From: a virus
Lineage: Duplodnaviria; Caudoviricetes
Direction: 5' to 3' (one strand)
Virus record (IMG/VR): IMGVR_UViG_3300046374_000030
Coordinates: 1-50,593 of that record
Length of the DNA: 50,593 bases
The position numbers and the translations under genes were made by a program. The notes under the pieces were generated by a model. It was given only the letters and a program-made list of their open reading frames with translations, was not told the DNA's origin and did no database searches. Positions 11,660-21,434 of the stretch are shown one piece after another (positions within the stretch are counted from its first letter, which is position 1; every line of letters begins with the position of its first letter).

Positions 11660-12579
11660 GCCGAATTCTTCCCGATCCGCCATCAATCACCGATTTACGG
11701 CGATATGCAGGCATTATCGAAACTTTACGGCGATACACGGCGAGTCTCACCACCGCATCAATGTTTGCCGTTACCATGCCCGCATGGGTGAAGTCGTCGC
11801 TGATCTGACCAAGCTGGTGTACTGCAACAATTGCGGTGTCGTGGCCGTCAAAGATTCCACGGGTTGGCGCACCTGGACCGAGCCGCCGCCGTTCAAACCG
11901 CTGTCCAACGAGCCGACCGTGCGGTTTCGGGCGCGCCGGCATCACTGCCCGTCCTGCGCCGAACACAATGAGCTGCTGGCCGGCGGGCTGTGCTACGGCC
12001 GCGACCCGGCCGACGCCGTCGTCTACGAACCGGTCAGCTGATGGTCATCATCATCGACCGCGAGGAGGACCTGCCCGGCGTGGAAGCGCAGCTCGCCGTG
12101 ATCGACGCGCTGCGGGAAAGCACCCGCCGGTTGCGGAGGTTTATCTCTGACACGCCGTGGGTGCAGGTCCGCTGGCCCAACCCGAGGTACCTATGAGGTA
12201 CCTATGAAGGTCTGCAGGCACTGCGGGGAGCCGATCATGATGTTTCATTGGCGCGATGAGGGCGACCAGTGGTGGCACGCCAACGTGAACCGCGGCTACG
12301 TCGAGCATCCGCCGGGCACCGAGCACATCAAGGCCCCGGCGTACCGGCGCTGCTACGCCGACCCCGCGCAGCCGTACGCGGAGCCGGCGCAATGAGCGGG
12401 GTGCAGGTGCAGTGCCACAGCTGCGAGCAGACCGCGCCGGTGCAGTGGGTTCCCGCCGAGCGGCGCTACCGCTACCAGCGGCATTTCATCGGCACCGGCC
12501 CCCAAAGGGTGCGCTGCCCGGCGTCCGGGGAGCCGATACCGGCGCCGACTGCGATCGTGTTCGCCCCCAGGAACCAGCC

Positions 12580-13047
12580 ATGAAATTCACCGACCCTGAA
12601 GTGCTGCAAGCCATCCGCTACGGCAAAAACAAGGGGCCGCTGCTGCCGCTGGTGGCGGGGAACTTCGAGCTGGGCGTCGACATGCGCAACAAACCCTGGC
12701 CCGGTGAGCTGTTCATCACCGCGGGCCCCGACCCGAAGGTGCTGATCGCCGACGAGGTGCTGATCCACCTGAGCGAGCATCCCGAGCAGATCCATCCCGA
12801 CGTCACCTTGGAGCGCCACCGCTGCACCGACCTGCATCCGTGCACATGCCCGCCGGCGGCGCGGGTTGGTCGCGCCGACTGCCCGCAGCACGGCTTCAAC
12901 CCGAAGATCTGCCTTATCTGCCACTGCGGCGCCGAATGCTTTGCCCGATCGCTGCTGCGGTTCGTCACCCGCCAGGGCACCGTGGTGTACACGATCACCG
13001 GGCATCAAGCCGCCCCGCCCGCATGGGTGGCCGAATGGCCCGACTGA
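12580..13047 (+). CDS. Hypothetical protein, paralog of 272..688
   Basis: Shared motifs with 272..688 plus a Cys/His-rich insert. Confidence 0.75.
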   Translation: MKFTDPEVLQAIRYGKNKGPLLPLVAGNFELGVDMRNKPWPGELFITAGPDPKVLIADEVLIHLSEHPEQIHPDVTLERHRCTDLHPCTCPPAARVGRADCPQHGFNPKICLICHCGAECFARSLLRFVTRQGTVVYTITGHQAAPPAWVAEWPD

Positions 13048-13269
13048 AGCACGGATGGGAGCGGTTGTGGACGAGCCGCTAGTCGATTACATGGACAAGC
13101 TGCGCCGGATGGCTGAGGGCGCGCTGCGGTCAATCGAGCGTCGCTGCCAGGAGGAGCCGAAGAAAGACCACGAGCGGCAACGGTCCTGGTGGCAGGGCTA
13201 CCGCCAATGCCTCGACGACGTGGAAGACGTCGTCCGCAAACACCAACACCACGAGGAAGGAACCCCTGT

Positions 13270-14439
13270 ATGAGCTTCGCCGAGGACAACGCCAAGGCGT
13301 GGTCTGAGATCACCGAGCTGCACAAGTCGCGGCCCGCCGAGTTCGGGACCATCGAAACCGCCAACGGGCCGGGCGCCACGCTGGCGCAGACCGAGGATCT
13401 GCGCCAGATCCTACCCGAGCTGCTGAAACGCTACGGCATCAAGACGATGCTGGACGTGGGCTGCGGGGATTGGAATTGGATGTCCCACGTTGATTTGACC
13501 GACGTGGAAGGCTACATCGGCTGGGACGTGGAGCCGTCCATGATCGCCGCCGACCAGGAGCACTTCGGGGACGCCCCCAACGTCACGTTCGAGTGTCAAA
13601 GCCTGCTGACCGCCGAGCAGCTGCCCCAGGTCGATCTGATCCTGGCGCGTCACGTGCTGATCCATTTCCCCAACGACGAGATCGCCGCGGTGCTCGACAA
13701 GATGCGCGCGTCGGGCGCGAAATACCTGCTCACGTCGCACTGGCCGGACGAATCCAACGAGGATTACGAGCCGGAAGGCTTCGCGTGGCGCGGCTACATG
13801 GAACGCGCCCTGAACATGGAAGCCCCACCGTTCAAGCTGGGACCGCGGATCGAGACGATCCACGAGCCGGCCGCCGACGCCGGGGTGCTGATGGAAGAAC
13901 ACGAGCTGGCGCTGTTCGAGCTGATCCCGCAGCCCGGTCTCGCCGAGTTCGACTTGCCCGACGAGCCGGCCGACTGGATGCCGCAGGCGCATGTGACGGT
14001 CACCGACCCGGAAACCGGGGTGACACGCATCATGGGTCCCGGTACACGCGGGACGGCACCCGACCCGGATTGTGAGCACACCTCCACCTACCGGGTGCAC
14101 CGCGCGGATGACACCGTCGCCACCGTCTGCTCCGACTGCCAAGGCGAAATCGACTCCAAAGGCGAAGCGGGAGGCGTGTTCTCGTTCCATGACACCATCG
14201 CCCGCTGGGCCGCCGACGTGGAATCCGGCGGGCTGGGCGCCTCCGACAAACCGGCCCGGCATCAGGGCCGCCCCGTCACCCGCAAGGAACTGCTGCGCGG
14301 GCTCAAGCAGAACCACCGCGAGGTGGTGGAGATGGCCCGCAAAGACAACTCACTGGCCTCGGCGTGGCTGCTGCTGGGCGCGCAGGCCGCGGTCATCGAC
14401 GCGGTCCTCGACGAACTACTCGGGGAGCCAGGACCATGA
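13270..14439 (+). CDS. Class I SAM-dependent methyltransferase with C-terminal extension
   Basis: MLDVGCGDWNW motif I, YIGWDV, DLILARHVLIHF. Confidence 0.85.
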   Translation: MSFAEDNAKAWSEITELHKSRPAEFGTIETANGPGATLAQTEDLRQILPELLKRYGIKTMLDVGCGDWNWMSHVDLTDVEGYIGWDVEPSMIAADQEHFGDAPNVTFECQSLLTAEQLPQVDLILARHVLIHFPNDEIAAVLDKMRASGAKYLLTSHWPDESNEDYEPEGFAWRGYMERALNMEAPPFKLGPRIETIHEPAADAGVLMEEHELALFELIPQPGLAEFDLPDEPADWMPQAHVTVTDPETGVTRIMGPGTRGTAPDPDCEHTSTYRVHRADDTVATVCSDCQGEIDSKGEAGGVFSFHDTIARWAADVESGGLGASDKPARHQGRPVTRKELLRGLKQNHREVVEMARKDNSLASAWLLLGAQAAVIDAVLDELLGEPGP

Positions 14440-14652
14440 ACGAGGGCGGGCTGTATTACATCCACGAGCGCATCGACCAGCTGGTGCGCCAGACCGCGTT
14501 GGAGATCGGGCTGCTGCGGATGCGCACCGGGATGGACCGGGACGACACCCGCGAGCAGCAGGAGCACGCTATGCAACTGACCCGGCAGCGGTTCTGGGCC
14601 GCGCAGGACGCCGCGGCCGACAACCACAGCCAGAAGCACCGCGAGGAGCGCG

Positions 14653-15111
14653 ATGTCTAGCGACGACCCGGTCCGCGTTTCAGAGTTGTTGGCGATGCTG
14701 GAAGCCGCTGAGGGGCACCGGGATTCACCGCTGAACCCGCGGCATGTCGAGGAGGTGTTCCAGGCGTGCCTGGCGCACGGCGCGGCGTCGCACCCGACCT
14801 GCACGGTGCAGGGGATCATGCACACCGCCAACTTCGCGATGACCGAGCTGAAGTGCCGCCACGCTGAGATCGCCGGGATGCTGGCGCAGCTGCCTACCGA
14901 GTTCCAGCCGCACGAAACCGGCGGCGGTGGAGGCTGGTCGTTTTTGAACGCCTGCCAGGACAAGGACGGCAACCTGTGGACCGGCGCGCACGTGGTGATG
15001 GAGAAGCTGGTGCTGCTCGGGATCGGCGCCGGGCAGGTCGAATGGTGTCTGCCGCGGGAGATGTGGAGCGCGCTGCCCGGTGAGATGCCATATTTCACGG
15101 TGAAGCTGTGA
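14653..15111 (+). CDS. Phage hypothetical protein (GGGWSFLNAC motif)
   Basis: GAGGAG RBS, 152 aa, GGGWSFLNACQDKDGNLWTG. Confidence 0.75.
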   Translation: MSSDDPVRVSELLAMLEAAEGHRDSPLNPRHVEEVFQACLAHGAASHPTCTVQGIMHTANFAMTELKCRHAEIAGMLAQLPTEFQPHETGGGGGWSFLNACQDKDGNLWTGAHVVMEKLVLLGIGAGQVEWCLPREMWSALPGEMPYFTVKL

Positions 15112-15328
15112 ACGTCACGATCACGCTGCCCGGTGAGGCCAAGGTCAGCGTCGAGTGCACGCTGGAGGAACTGCCGCAGGTTGTGCACGCCGTCAAGTTG
15201 GGCACCCGCGCCTACTATCGGCCACCCAAACCTCCGCCGACCGGCGCGGATGTCGGTGGCGAGTTTTTCGGCATGACGGTCAGCGATTGGCTGAGGCTGC
15301 TGCACAGTCTGGCGAAGCAGTCCGACGC

Positions 15329-15577
15329 ATGACCACGCTGCTGATCGCGCTGCTGTTCGTCGGGCTGCTCAACTTGGCGTTGGTGGGGCTCGTCGTCTAC
15401 GGGCTGGCGAAGCTGCGTGACGACTTCGGGTTCTGGCAGACCGCGCTGTTCCGCATCGAATGGCACACCGACCCGGGCAAGAAAGACAAGCCGGGGCCGT
15501 GGAAAGCTGACCTGCAGAAATGGCTGGACGAGCACCCGGACCGGCCGCATCGCGACGACCCGCCGTTCGTGAGATGA
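15329..15577 (+). CDS. Small membrane protein
   Basis: N-terminal hydrophobic helix LLIALLFVGLLNLALVGLVVYGL. Confidence 0.65.
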   Translation: MTTLLIALLFVGLLNLALVGLVVYGLAKLRDDFGFWQTALFRIEWHTDPGKKDKPGPWKADLQKWLDEHPDRPHRDDPPFVR

Positions 15578-16248
15578 CCATCGCGGTCGGGATCGTCGCG
15601 CATGACTCCCGCGCCGCGACGGCCCGGGCGCTGCGCCGCGACGTCGGGGCGGTGGCGGTCAACGTCGATGACGGCACGCTGGGGTGTGAAGGCAACCACG
15701 TCGCGGTGCTGCGGGCGTTGGCGTACCGGCACGTCGACTGGTGCGTGGTCCTCGAGGACGACGCACAGCCGGTCCACGACTTCCGGTTCCACGTCAAAGC
15801 GGCGCTGGGATGCGCGCCCGCCCCGATCGTCGGGCTGTACCTGGGCTACAGCGAGAACCCCGGGACGGAGCAGCGCACCGGGCAGGCGGTGCACATGGCG
15901 ATGGAGAACAACTGGGCGTGGATCATCGGGGACTGCCTGGTCGGCAGCGTGGGATACGCGGTGCGTATCCGCCTGGTTAAACCGATGCTGGACGCGGTCG
16001 TGCAGGTCGGCTACGAGTTGCCGCTGCGGATCACCAGGTGGGCGCAGGAGGCCGGGGTCGACATCTGCTATACGGTGCCGTCGCTGGTCGATCACGCCGA
16101 CCTGCCGTCCACGGACTGCACGCTGGACGCCCAGGACATGCCGGCCGTCGAGCGTAAGGCCTGGCAGTTCGGCAAGCGAGACAATTGGGACACTCCGGCG
16201 GTGCCGCTGGGCTACTGCCCCGGCTGGAGCAAACCGCGGGGAGGATGA
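15574..16248 (+). CDS. Glycosyltransferase (mycobacteriophage type)
   Basis: IAVGIVAH..R, LGCEGNH, WCVVLEDDA, VGLYLG, YTVPSLVDHAD motifs. Confidence 0.8.
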   Translation: MTIAVGIVAHDSRAATARALRRDVGAVAVNVDDGTLGCEGNHVAVLRALAYRHVDWCVVLEDDAQPVHDFRFHVKAALGCAPAPIVGLYLGYSENPGTEQRTGQAVHMAMENNWAWIIGDCLVGSVGYAVRIRLVKPMLDAVVQVGYELPLRITRWAQEAGVDICYTVPSLVDHADLPSTDCTLDAQDMPAVERKAWQFGKRDNWDTPAVPLGYCPGWSKPRGG

Positions 16249-16251
16249 GAC

Positions 16252-17139
16252 ATGGGAAAGATCCTGCTGCTGATCATCCTGATCCTGGTGATCGTCGCGA
16301 TGATCTACGCCAGACGCATCAAGAAACGCGCTGCGCGCAAGGCGCGGGTCGCGGCGATCAGCGCCCGCGCCGACGCGGAGAACGAGTTGGTTTTGGCCGG
16401 CGACCCGCGCGGCTTCTTCGGCGACTACCCGATACCTGACCTGGGAAAAGAGCCGGGCCACATGAGCGTGGCCGAAGCCGAGCACCTGCTCCATCCCGAT
16501 AGCAGCCCTGACCCGGCCACTTCGCCGCAGGAATGGGAGGACTGGTCGCAGGCCAAGCTCGACCAGCTGCGCCGCCACGAAGCCGCGACGGCGATGGCGG
16601 CCAAAATCAAAGAGTCGGGCGTCCTGGCTGGCCTCACCACCCACGCGTTCACCGTCCCGGTCACGCCCGGCGAATACGACGCGGTGAAGTTCGACAACGG
16701 GCAGATCGTCGAGTTCCCGTCTGTGAGGATGGGCGCCCCCGGCGACATCGTGGTGAACATGAGCGGCAACGTCAACGAGGTCGCGCACCTGAAAAACCCG
16801 GTGCTGCGTCGCCGTGGCGGTGACTTCGTCGAACCGGGCGCCACCGTCGTCACCAACTGGGGCGGAGAGGTGGTGCGCGTCATGCAGGACAAATACAGCG
16901 GAACCCTGACGGTGGCCGAAGCCCAGATGATGATGGAGAAGGCGAAGCAGCAATTCAATTGGGACCAGGCAGCTTCCGTCGCCGCGAGGTACCGGGCGGC
17001 GTCTGCCCGCAAGGTGGACCTGGAACCGCCGCGGCCCCGCAAACCGACCCCGTCCCGTAAGGCGACCCCGTCCCGCAAGCCAGCCAAGCGTGCCGCGGCC
17101 GCCAAGAAACCACCGATCGGAGAAGCCGAAAGTGCATGA
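16252..17139 (+). CDS. Membrane-anchored protein with basic low-complexity C-terminus
   Basis: N-terminal TM helix; ARADAEN..VLAGDPRG.FG.Y motif; tail RKPTPSRKATPSRKPAKRAAAAKK. Confidence 0.7.
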   Translation: MGKILLLIILILVIVAMIYARRIKKRAARKARVAAISARADAENELVLAGDPRGFFGDYPIPDLGKEPGHMSVAEAEHLLHPDSSPDPATSPQEWEDWSQAKLDQLRRHEAATAMAAKIKESGVLAGLTTHAFTVPVTPGEYDAVKFDNGQIVEFPSVRMGAPGDIVVNMSGNVNEVAHLKNPVLRRRGGDFVEPGATVVTNWGGEVVRVMQDKYSGTLTVAEAQMMMEKAKQQFNWDQAASVAARYRAASARKVDLEPPRPRKPTPSRKATPSRKPAKRAAAAKKPPIGEAESA

Positions 17140-17773
17140 GGGAGCATACAAATTCGTCGAACGCATCGCGGGCCAGTTGGAACCGCGGCGAATGGCCGCG
17201 CGGCACGTGATCGAGTTGGGGTCGCGCACCGTCGCCGGGGACTGGCCCTACTCAGGTCCGGTGCGGCCGCTGTTCGAGGGCGCCGCCTACCTGGGTATCG
17301 ACATGCTGCCCGGCCCGAACGTCGACGTGGTCGCCGACGCCGCGACCTGGCCCGACGTCGGCGGCGGCCCGACTGTCGGCACCGTCGACGGGCTGACCGC
17401 TGCGCGCTGGGCCGACGTCGGCGTCGATATCAGCGCCCAACCCGTATCCGTTTCGCAGCGCACCAACGCTGACACCGTGGTGTGCTGCGAAACCCTGGAA
17501 CACGCCCCGGAGGCGGGGGCGATATGCCACAACGCGCACCGGCTGCTGCGAGCTGGCGGGGTGTTCATCTGCACCGCCGCTGGCGAAGGCCGCGCTCCGC
17601 ATTCGGGCATCGACGGCGGCCCGATCCGCGCGGTCGACACCGACGGCAGCCTGGAGTTTTACCGCAACGTGAGCCGTGACGAGCTGCGGGATTGGTTGCT
17701 GCCGTTCGGGTTTGCGCTGATCGACACTTCCAACCCGGGCGACATCTACGCGATCGCGGTCAAACTCAAATGA
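17132..17773 (+). CDS. Class I SAM-dependent methyltransferase
   Basis: VIELGSR, YLGIDMLPGPNVDVVADA, DTVVCCETLEH, LLRAGGVF. Confidence 0.8.
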   Translation: MHEGAYKFVERIAGQLEPRRMAARHVIELGSRTVAGDWPYSGPVRPLFEGAAYLGIDMLPGPNVDVVADAATWPDVGGGPTVGTVDGLTAARWADVGVDISAQPVSVSQRTNADTVVCCETLEHAPEAGAICHNAHRLLRAGGVFICTAAGEGRAPHSGIDGGPIRAVDTDGSLEFYRNVSRDELRDWLLPFGFALIDTSNPGDIYAIAVKLK

Positions 17774-17980
17774 GGATCGCGTGAACCCGCACACCGACAA
17801 CCCGTCCCAATGGGCAGCGGCCGACGACATCGTGGGAGGCTTCGTCAAAGCGTTGCAGCAGCAGCCGATGCCGACGTCGCAGATCGCGATGCAGCTGCTT
17901 GCTCTCGAGCATCCGCAGCGGCTGATGCTGATGGCGATGATCGCCGCCACCGCGCTGCAGCGGCTCGCCGCGGGCGGATC

Positions 17981-18631
17981 ATGATCCCGGTCACCGCGAT
18001 CATGATCGCCTACAACAACGAGGACAAAGCCCTGGTCCGGCTGCAGCGTGATCTGTTGCCCGCGCTGGACGGTCTGGACGCCGAGCTGATCGTCATCGAC
18101 AACAGCGAAACCACGTCGGTCGAGCTCGCCGACGCGCTGATCACCGCGGAAGTTGAGGGCATCCATACCCGGTATCAGTGGCAGCTGGGCAACAACCTGC
18201 TCTACGGGCCCGCGATCAACGCCGCGGTCAAACTCGCCACCCGGCCGTATCTGCTGTACGTGTGCACCAACCACGGATACAGCCGCGACCCCAGCTGGGC
18301 GACCGACCTGCTGACGCCGCTGGTCGACGACGACACCCGCACCGTCGCGATGACCGGCTGCCTGCAGGCCGCCGGGCCGCCGGAAAACCACGGCTTCCCG
18401 GCCAGCCTGCCGCAGATTCATGTGCAGGGCGGGGTGTTCGCGGCGCGCCGCGACGTGCTGCGCGCCTTCCCCTACCCGGACGGCGAGTACGCGCACTGGG
18501 GTGCGGACATCCACGAATGCTTCGCGCTGATGCACGCCGGGTTCCATCTGGTGAACGTGCCGACCATCACATCGGTGTGGCGCCAGGCCGCCGGCAACGG
18601 GCACTGGAAGTACATCCACGATGAGCCATGA
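17981..18631 (+). CDS. GT-A fold glycosyltransferase-like protein
   Basis: VTAIMIAYN, LIVIDNS, NLLYGPAINAA, HVQGGVFAARR, WGAD. Confidence 0.7.
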   Translation: MIPVTAIMIAYNNEDKALVRLQRDLLPALDGLDAELIVIDNSETTSVELADALITAEVEGIHTRYQWQLGNNLLYGPAINAAVKLATRPYLLYVCTNHGYSRDPSWATDLLTPLVDDDTRTVAMTGCLQAAGPPENHGFPASLPQIHVQGGVFAARRDVLRAFPYPDGEYAHWGADIHECFALMHAGFHLVNVPTITSVWRQAAGNGHWKYIHDEP

Positions 18632-18965
18632 CCTGACCGGGGAGGAGTTCGTCGGCTACATCTTCCAAGGCTCACCGGAGCGCAGGCCGAGGCTGTGGTT
18701 CCTCGAGCGCCAGATCAACACGCTGTTCCTCTACGGCCCGCTGAACACCGCGCGCAAACCGGGACAGAACTCGCTCGACCTGGACGTGGGTCTGTGGACA
18801 CTGGAACCCGTCGAACCGCTGGTCTACATGCGGGGACTGATGCGTTACCAGCACCGCGGTCACGAGCGGTGGTCCGCGGTGTGGCGGCTCACCGACACCG
18901 TCATCCCCCACGTCCACACGTTCGGCTACGACGACGTGTGGCGCCTCGGTGTATGGCCCGATTAG
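18621..18965 (+). CDS. Hypothetical protein ending in WPD
   Basis: Overlaps the upstream stop; ends VWRLGVWPD*. Confidence 0.6.
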   Translation: MSHDLTGEEFVGYIFQGSPERRPRLWFLERQINTLFLYGPLNTARKPGQNSLDLDVGLWTLEPVEPLVYMRGLMRYQHRGHERWSAVWRLTDTVIPHVHTFGYDDVWRLGVWPD

Positions 18966-19100
18966 CTTGCCGTAACACGCAATTCAAACTGGTGTGCTAC
19001 AGATAGACACTCGTGACGTTCGCGATGTTCCTCGGCCTTTCGATGCTGGCGGTGCTCAGCACGGTGCTCCTGTTTGTGCTGACGCGGACCGACGGCAACG

Positions 19101-19379
19101 GTGGCGTGGCGTCGGAAGAAAACGACGACGAGCGACCACAATGAAGCCGTGAACAGCCCGAAATGCCCGGAGTGCCCACACCTGGCGCACCAGCACAACC
19201 TCGACGGCGACGGCAAATGCCGCGTCCGTATCCTCACCGGCTGGGACCACCAAACTAACACCTACACGTCGTGGCGGCCCTGCCCGTGCCCGGGCTTTCA
19301 CGGCGAAGCCACCTGCTGCGCCTGCGAATACGTGCCGACCTCACCGAACTGTGTGCACTGCGGCAAGGTGAAAGTGTGA
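19101..19379 (+). CDS. Cys-rich hypothetical protein
   Basis: Several CxxC/CxC motifs. Confidence 0.55.
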   Translation: MAWRRKKTTTSDHNEAVNSPKCPECPHLAHQHNLDGDGKCRVRILTGWDHQTNTYTSWRPCPCPGFHGEATCCACEYVPTSPNCVHCGKVKV

Positions 19380-20149
19380 CCCGCCGCAAACCGCCGGCCA
19401 CGGTGTGCATCCCGTGGCGGCCCAGCCCCTCACGGATGGACGCCTACCACCGGGTGCTGGAGTTCTGGTGGAAAACCGGGTGGCCGGTGATCCCCGCCGA
19501 CTCGGACACCGAAATCTTCTCCCTGTCGCAGGCCCGCAATAACGCTGTCGCGCAAGCGAAAACAGATGTGGTGGTGATCTGTGACGCCGACACCATCCCC
19601 GACATGACCAACATCCGTGCCGCGGTCGCCGACCCGGTCGGGGTGTGCTGGCCGTTCACGAAATACCGGGTTCTGGCGCCGGAATACCTCGACGTGCCGT
19701 TCAAAAAGTTGGCTGACGTGCCCTACCTCTACGAGTGGGGCGGTGACGGCGCGAACGGGGTGGGCGGCTGCCTGGTCGCCACCACCAGGGAATACTGGCG
19801 CCTCGGCGGGCAGGACCCGGCGTTCATCGGCTGGGGGCACGAAGACACCGCGTTCACCTTCGTCGTGGAAACCCTGTCCACGCTGCGCCGCAGCCCCGGC
19901 AACATCTACGCCTTCGAACACAACACGTCGGCGGTCGGTTACACCGGCGCCAAAGCCGACAGCCCCGGCTGGGACCGCGACTACGGCCGCAACGAGGCGC
20001 TGATGGTGCCCTACCGCACCGCGCGGCACCGGGCGTGGCTGATGCGGGAAGTCATCAAAAACCGCACCGGGCAGGACCCGCTGGGCGACGCGCCGAACCG
20101 CGGTGATCCCGAACTGAACAAGGCTCTGCTGGGAAGATACAAACCATGA
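19376..20149 (+). CDS. Glycosyltransferase (GT2/galactosyltransferase-like)
   Basis: VCIPWR, FSLSQARNNAV, VVICDADT (DxD), GGQDPAFIGWGHED. Confidence 0.85.
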   Translation: MTRRKPPATVCIPWRPSPSRMDAYHRVLEFWWKTGWPVIPADSDTEIFSLSQARNNAVAQAKTDVVVICDADTIPDMTNIRAAVADPVGVCWPFTKYRVLAPEYLDVPFKKLADVPYLYEWGGDGANGVGGCLVATTREYWRLGGQDPAFIGWGHEDTAFTFVVETLSTLRRSPGNIYAFEHNTSAVGYTGAKADSPGWDRDYGRNEALMVPYRTARHRAWLMREVIKNRTGQDPLGDAPNRGDPELNKALLGRYKP

Positions 20150-20604
20150 GCACCAGACGGCGGCTCAGCCCGAAAGAGCGGGCCAAACGGGACGCGTTCA
20201 TCCTGGACCTGTTCGTGGCTGGCAACACCCAGGCGGTGATCGGCGCGCATCCGCAGGTGCAGCTGACCGAAGCCAGGGTGAACCAGATCGTCAAAGCCGA
20301 GCTGGAACGCTGCGCCCAAGACCACATCCTGCGCAACACCAACGCGATGACGATCTACCTGTCGCGGATGGAATACCTGGTCCGCAAGGCGATGGGCCAC
20401 GTCGACGACGGCGACCTGAAAGCGATCGAAGTCACCCGCCGGCTGATGGCCGACCAAGCCAAGATCAACGACCTGGCCGAAGGCCGGGTCAGCGCGGGCC
20501 CGATCCCGCCGATGGGCGACACCGAGCTGGACGACGGGGAGCCGCTCGACGAGCTGGCCGCCTACCGGGCGCAGCGCCGCGAAGTCAAAGCGGAGGGTTC
20601 ATGA
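20146..20604 (+). CDS. Probable terminase small subunit
   Basis: N-terminal HTH-like segment, GDLKAIE helix and C-terminal LDELAAYRAQR, typical of actinophage TerS. Confidence 0.6.
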   Translation: MSTRRRLSPKERAKRDAFILDLFVAGNTQAVIGAHPQVQLTEARVNQIVKAELERCAQDHILRNTNAMTIYLSRMEYLVRKAMGHVDDGDLKAIEVTRRLMADQAKINDLAEGRVSAGPIPPMGDTELDDGEPLDELAAYRAQRREVKAEGS

Positions 20605-20819
20605 AAGCGTTGTTGCGGGGCGGTCCGTGCGAGGGGCGGATCATCGCCGATGTCACCGAGTCGACTCAGAACATCGCGATTCCGGCCGCCAGCATGACCA
20701 ACCCGCGGTCGGCTATCTACACCCGCGTCGGTGAAAACGCCGACGCCCGCGGCGAAAAGACGTTGCTATTCAACTTCGTGAAGGTGCAGCAGCAGAAGTT
20801 GGTCGAGGGGCTGAATTGA
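20601..20819 (+). CDS. Hypothetical protein
   Basis: GGAGG RBS, ATGA overlap, LRGGPCEG motif. Confidence 0.6.
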   Translation: MKALLRGGPCEGRIIADVTESTQNIAIPAASMTNPRSAIYTRVGENADARGEKTLLFNFVKVQQQKLVEGLN

Positions 20820-21071
20820 GCGCGATGGTCGGGGTGATCGCCGGCCTGGTGATCCTGTACTTCCTGGTGGCCGCGCTGCAGAAAAGCGGGCGGCTGCGAT
20901 GACCGAACCCTGTGCTGGCTCGATGACGTTCCCCACCAACTACGACGGCGAAACCACCGTCTGCCCGCGGTGCGGGCGAAGGCTGCGGCTGCACGTCAAC
21001 GGCAAACTTCCCAAGCACAACCGCGAACCGCGCCGCCCCGTCCACCTCGAGCGCGGCACCAGGATCATCGC

Positions 21072-21251
21072 GTGAACGAGGCGCAGCACCGCGCTTCGAT
21101 CAAGGTGGCCGAGGCGCGAAACTGTGTGCACCGCCTCGCATCTGATCTCAGCGAGGCCGAACGCAGGCTCAAACGCGCCGAAGCCAGATTGCGGCGAGAG
21201 ATCCGACTGGACCCCGACGCCTACGCGCAGATTACGGCGGTGAGCGGATGA
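21072..21251 (+). CDS. Small coiled-coil hypothetical protein
   Basis: GTG start after AGGA, heptad-like sequence. Confidence 0.5.
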   Translation: MNEAQHRASIKVAEARNCVHRLASDLSEAERRLKRAEARLRREIRLDPDAYAQITAVSG

Positions 21252-21252
21252 G

Positions 21253-21283
21253 GGTGTCCACCAACGGACACCGCCGCTACACT
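21253..21283 (+). promoter_or_regulatory. Promoter of tRNA block 1 with overlapping GGTGTCC-N6-GGACACC operator
   Basis: Palindrome 21253-21272; -10 TACACT 21278-21283, followed 7 nt later by GTG at 21291 (leaderless geometry). Confidence 0.6.
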
Positions 21284-21290
21284 GTGTGAC

Positions 21291-21344
21291 GTGCACGCCC
21301 GCCGATTACTGCGATCACGTTCCTCCTTGCGACTTAGTCGCTAA
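21291..21344 (+). CDS. Leader peptide 1 (MHARRLLRSRSSLRLSR) for the Ser/Leu tRNA block
   Basis: Leu codons TTA, CTG, TTG, CTT and Ser codons TCA, TCC, TCC, AGT; stops 3 nt before tRNA-Ser. Confidence 0.7.
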   Translation: MHARRLLRSRSSLRLSR

Positions 21345-21347
21345 CCA

Positions 21348-21430
21348 GGAGGGTGATCCCGGCCGGGCTGGGGCTTCTCTGCTAAGGAATGCGCGGCATT
21401 GTCCGTGGTGTCCGACTCACCCGCCCTCCG
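21348..21430 (+). tRNA. tRNA-Ser(GCT)
   Basis: Acceptor GGAGGGT/GCCCTCC, loop CT-GCT-AA, long variable arm, atypical T loop. Confidence 0.75.
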
Positions 21431-21434
21431 CTGA

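Larger units (their letters stand above)
4602..13273 (+). other. Rightward run of about 30 small hypothetical genes (e.g. 4602..5096, 5200..5337, 5337..5558, 5555..5773, 5770..5979, 5976..6185, 6182..6481, 7154..7429, 7426..7746, 7743..7973, 7970..8140, 8137..8451, 8448..8699, 8696..8890, 9453..9677, 9707..9994, 9981..10196, 10193..10531, 10528..10725, 10722..11021, 11018..11233, 11223..11471, 11449..11637, 11784..12041, 12204..12395, 12392..12583)
   Basis: Near-continuous ATGA/GTGA 4-nt overlaps with GGAGG-type RBSs, typical of actinophage early/middle regions; many CxxC motifs. Confidence 0.7.

Noticed and set aside
12184-12205. 11-bp tandem duplication GAGGTACCTAT
   Set aside because: A simple duplication at a gene junction recreating stop, RBS and start; no further structure.
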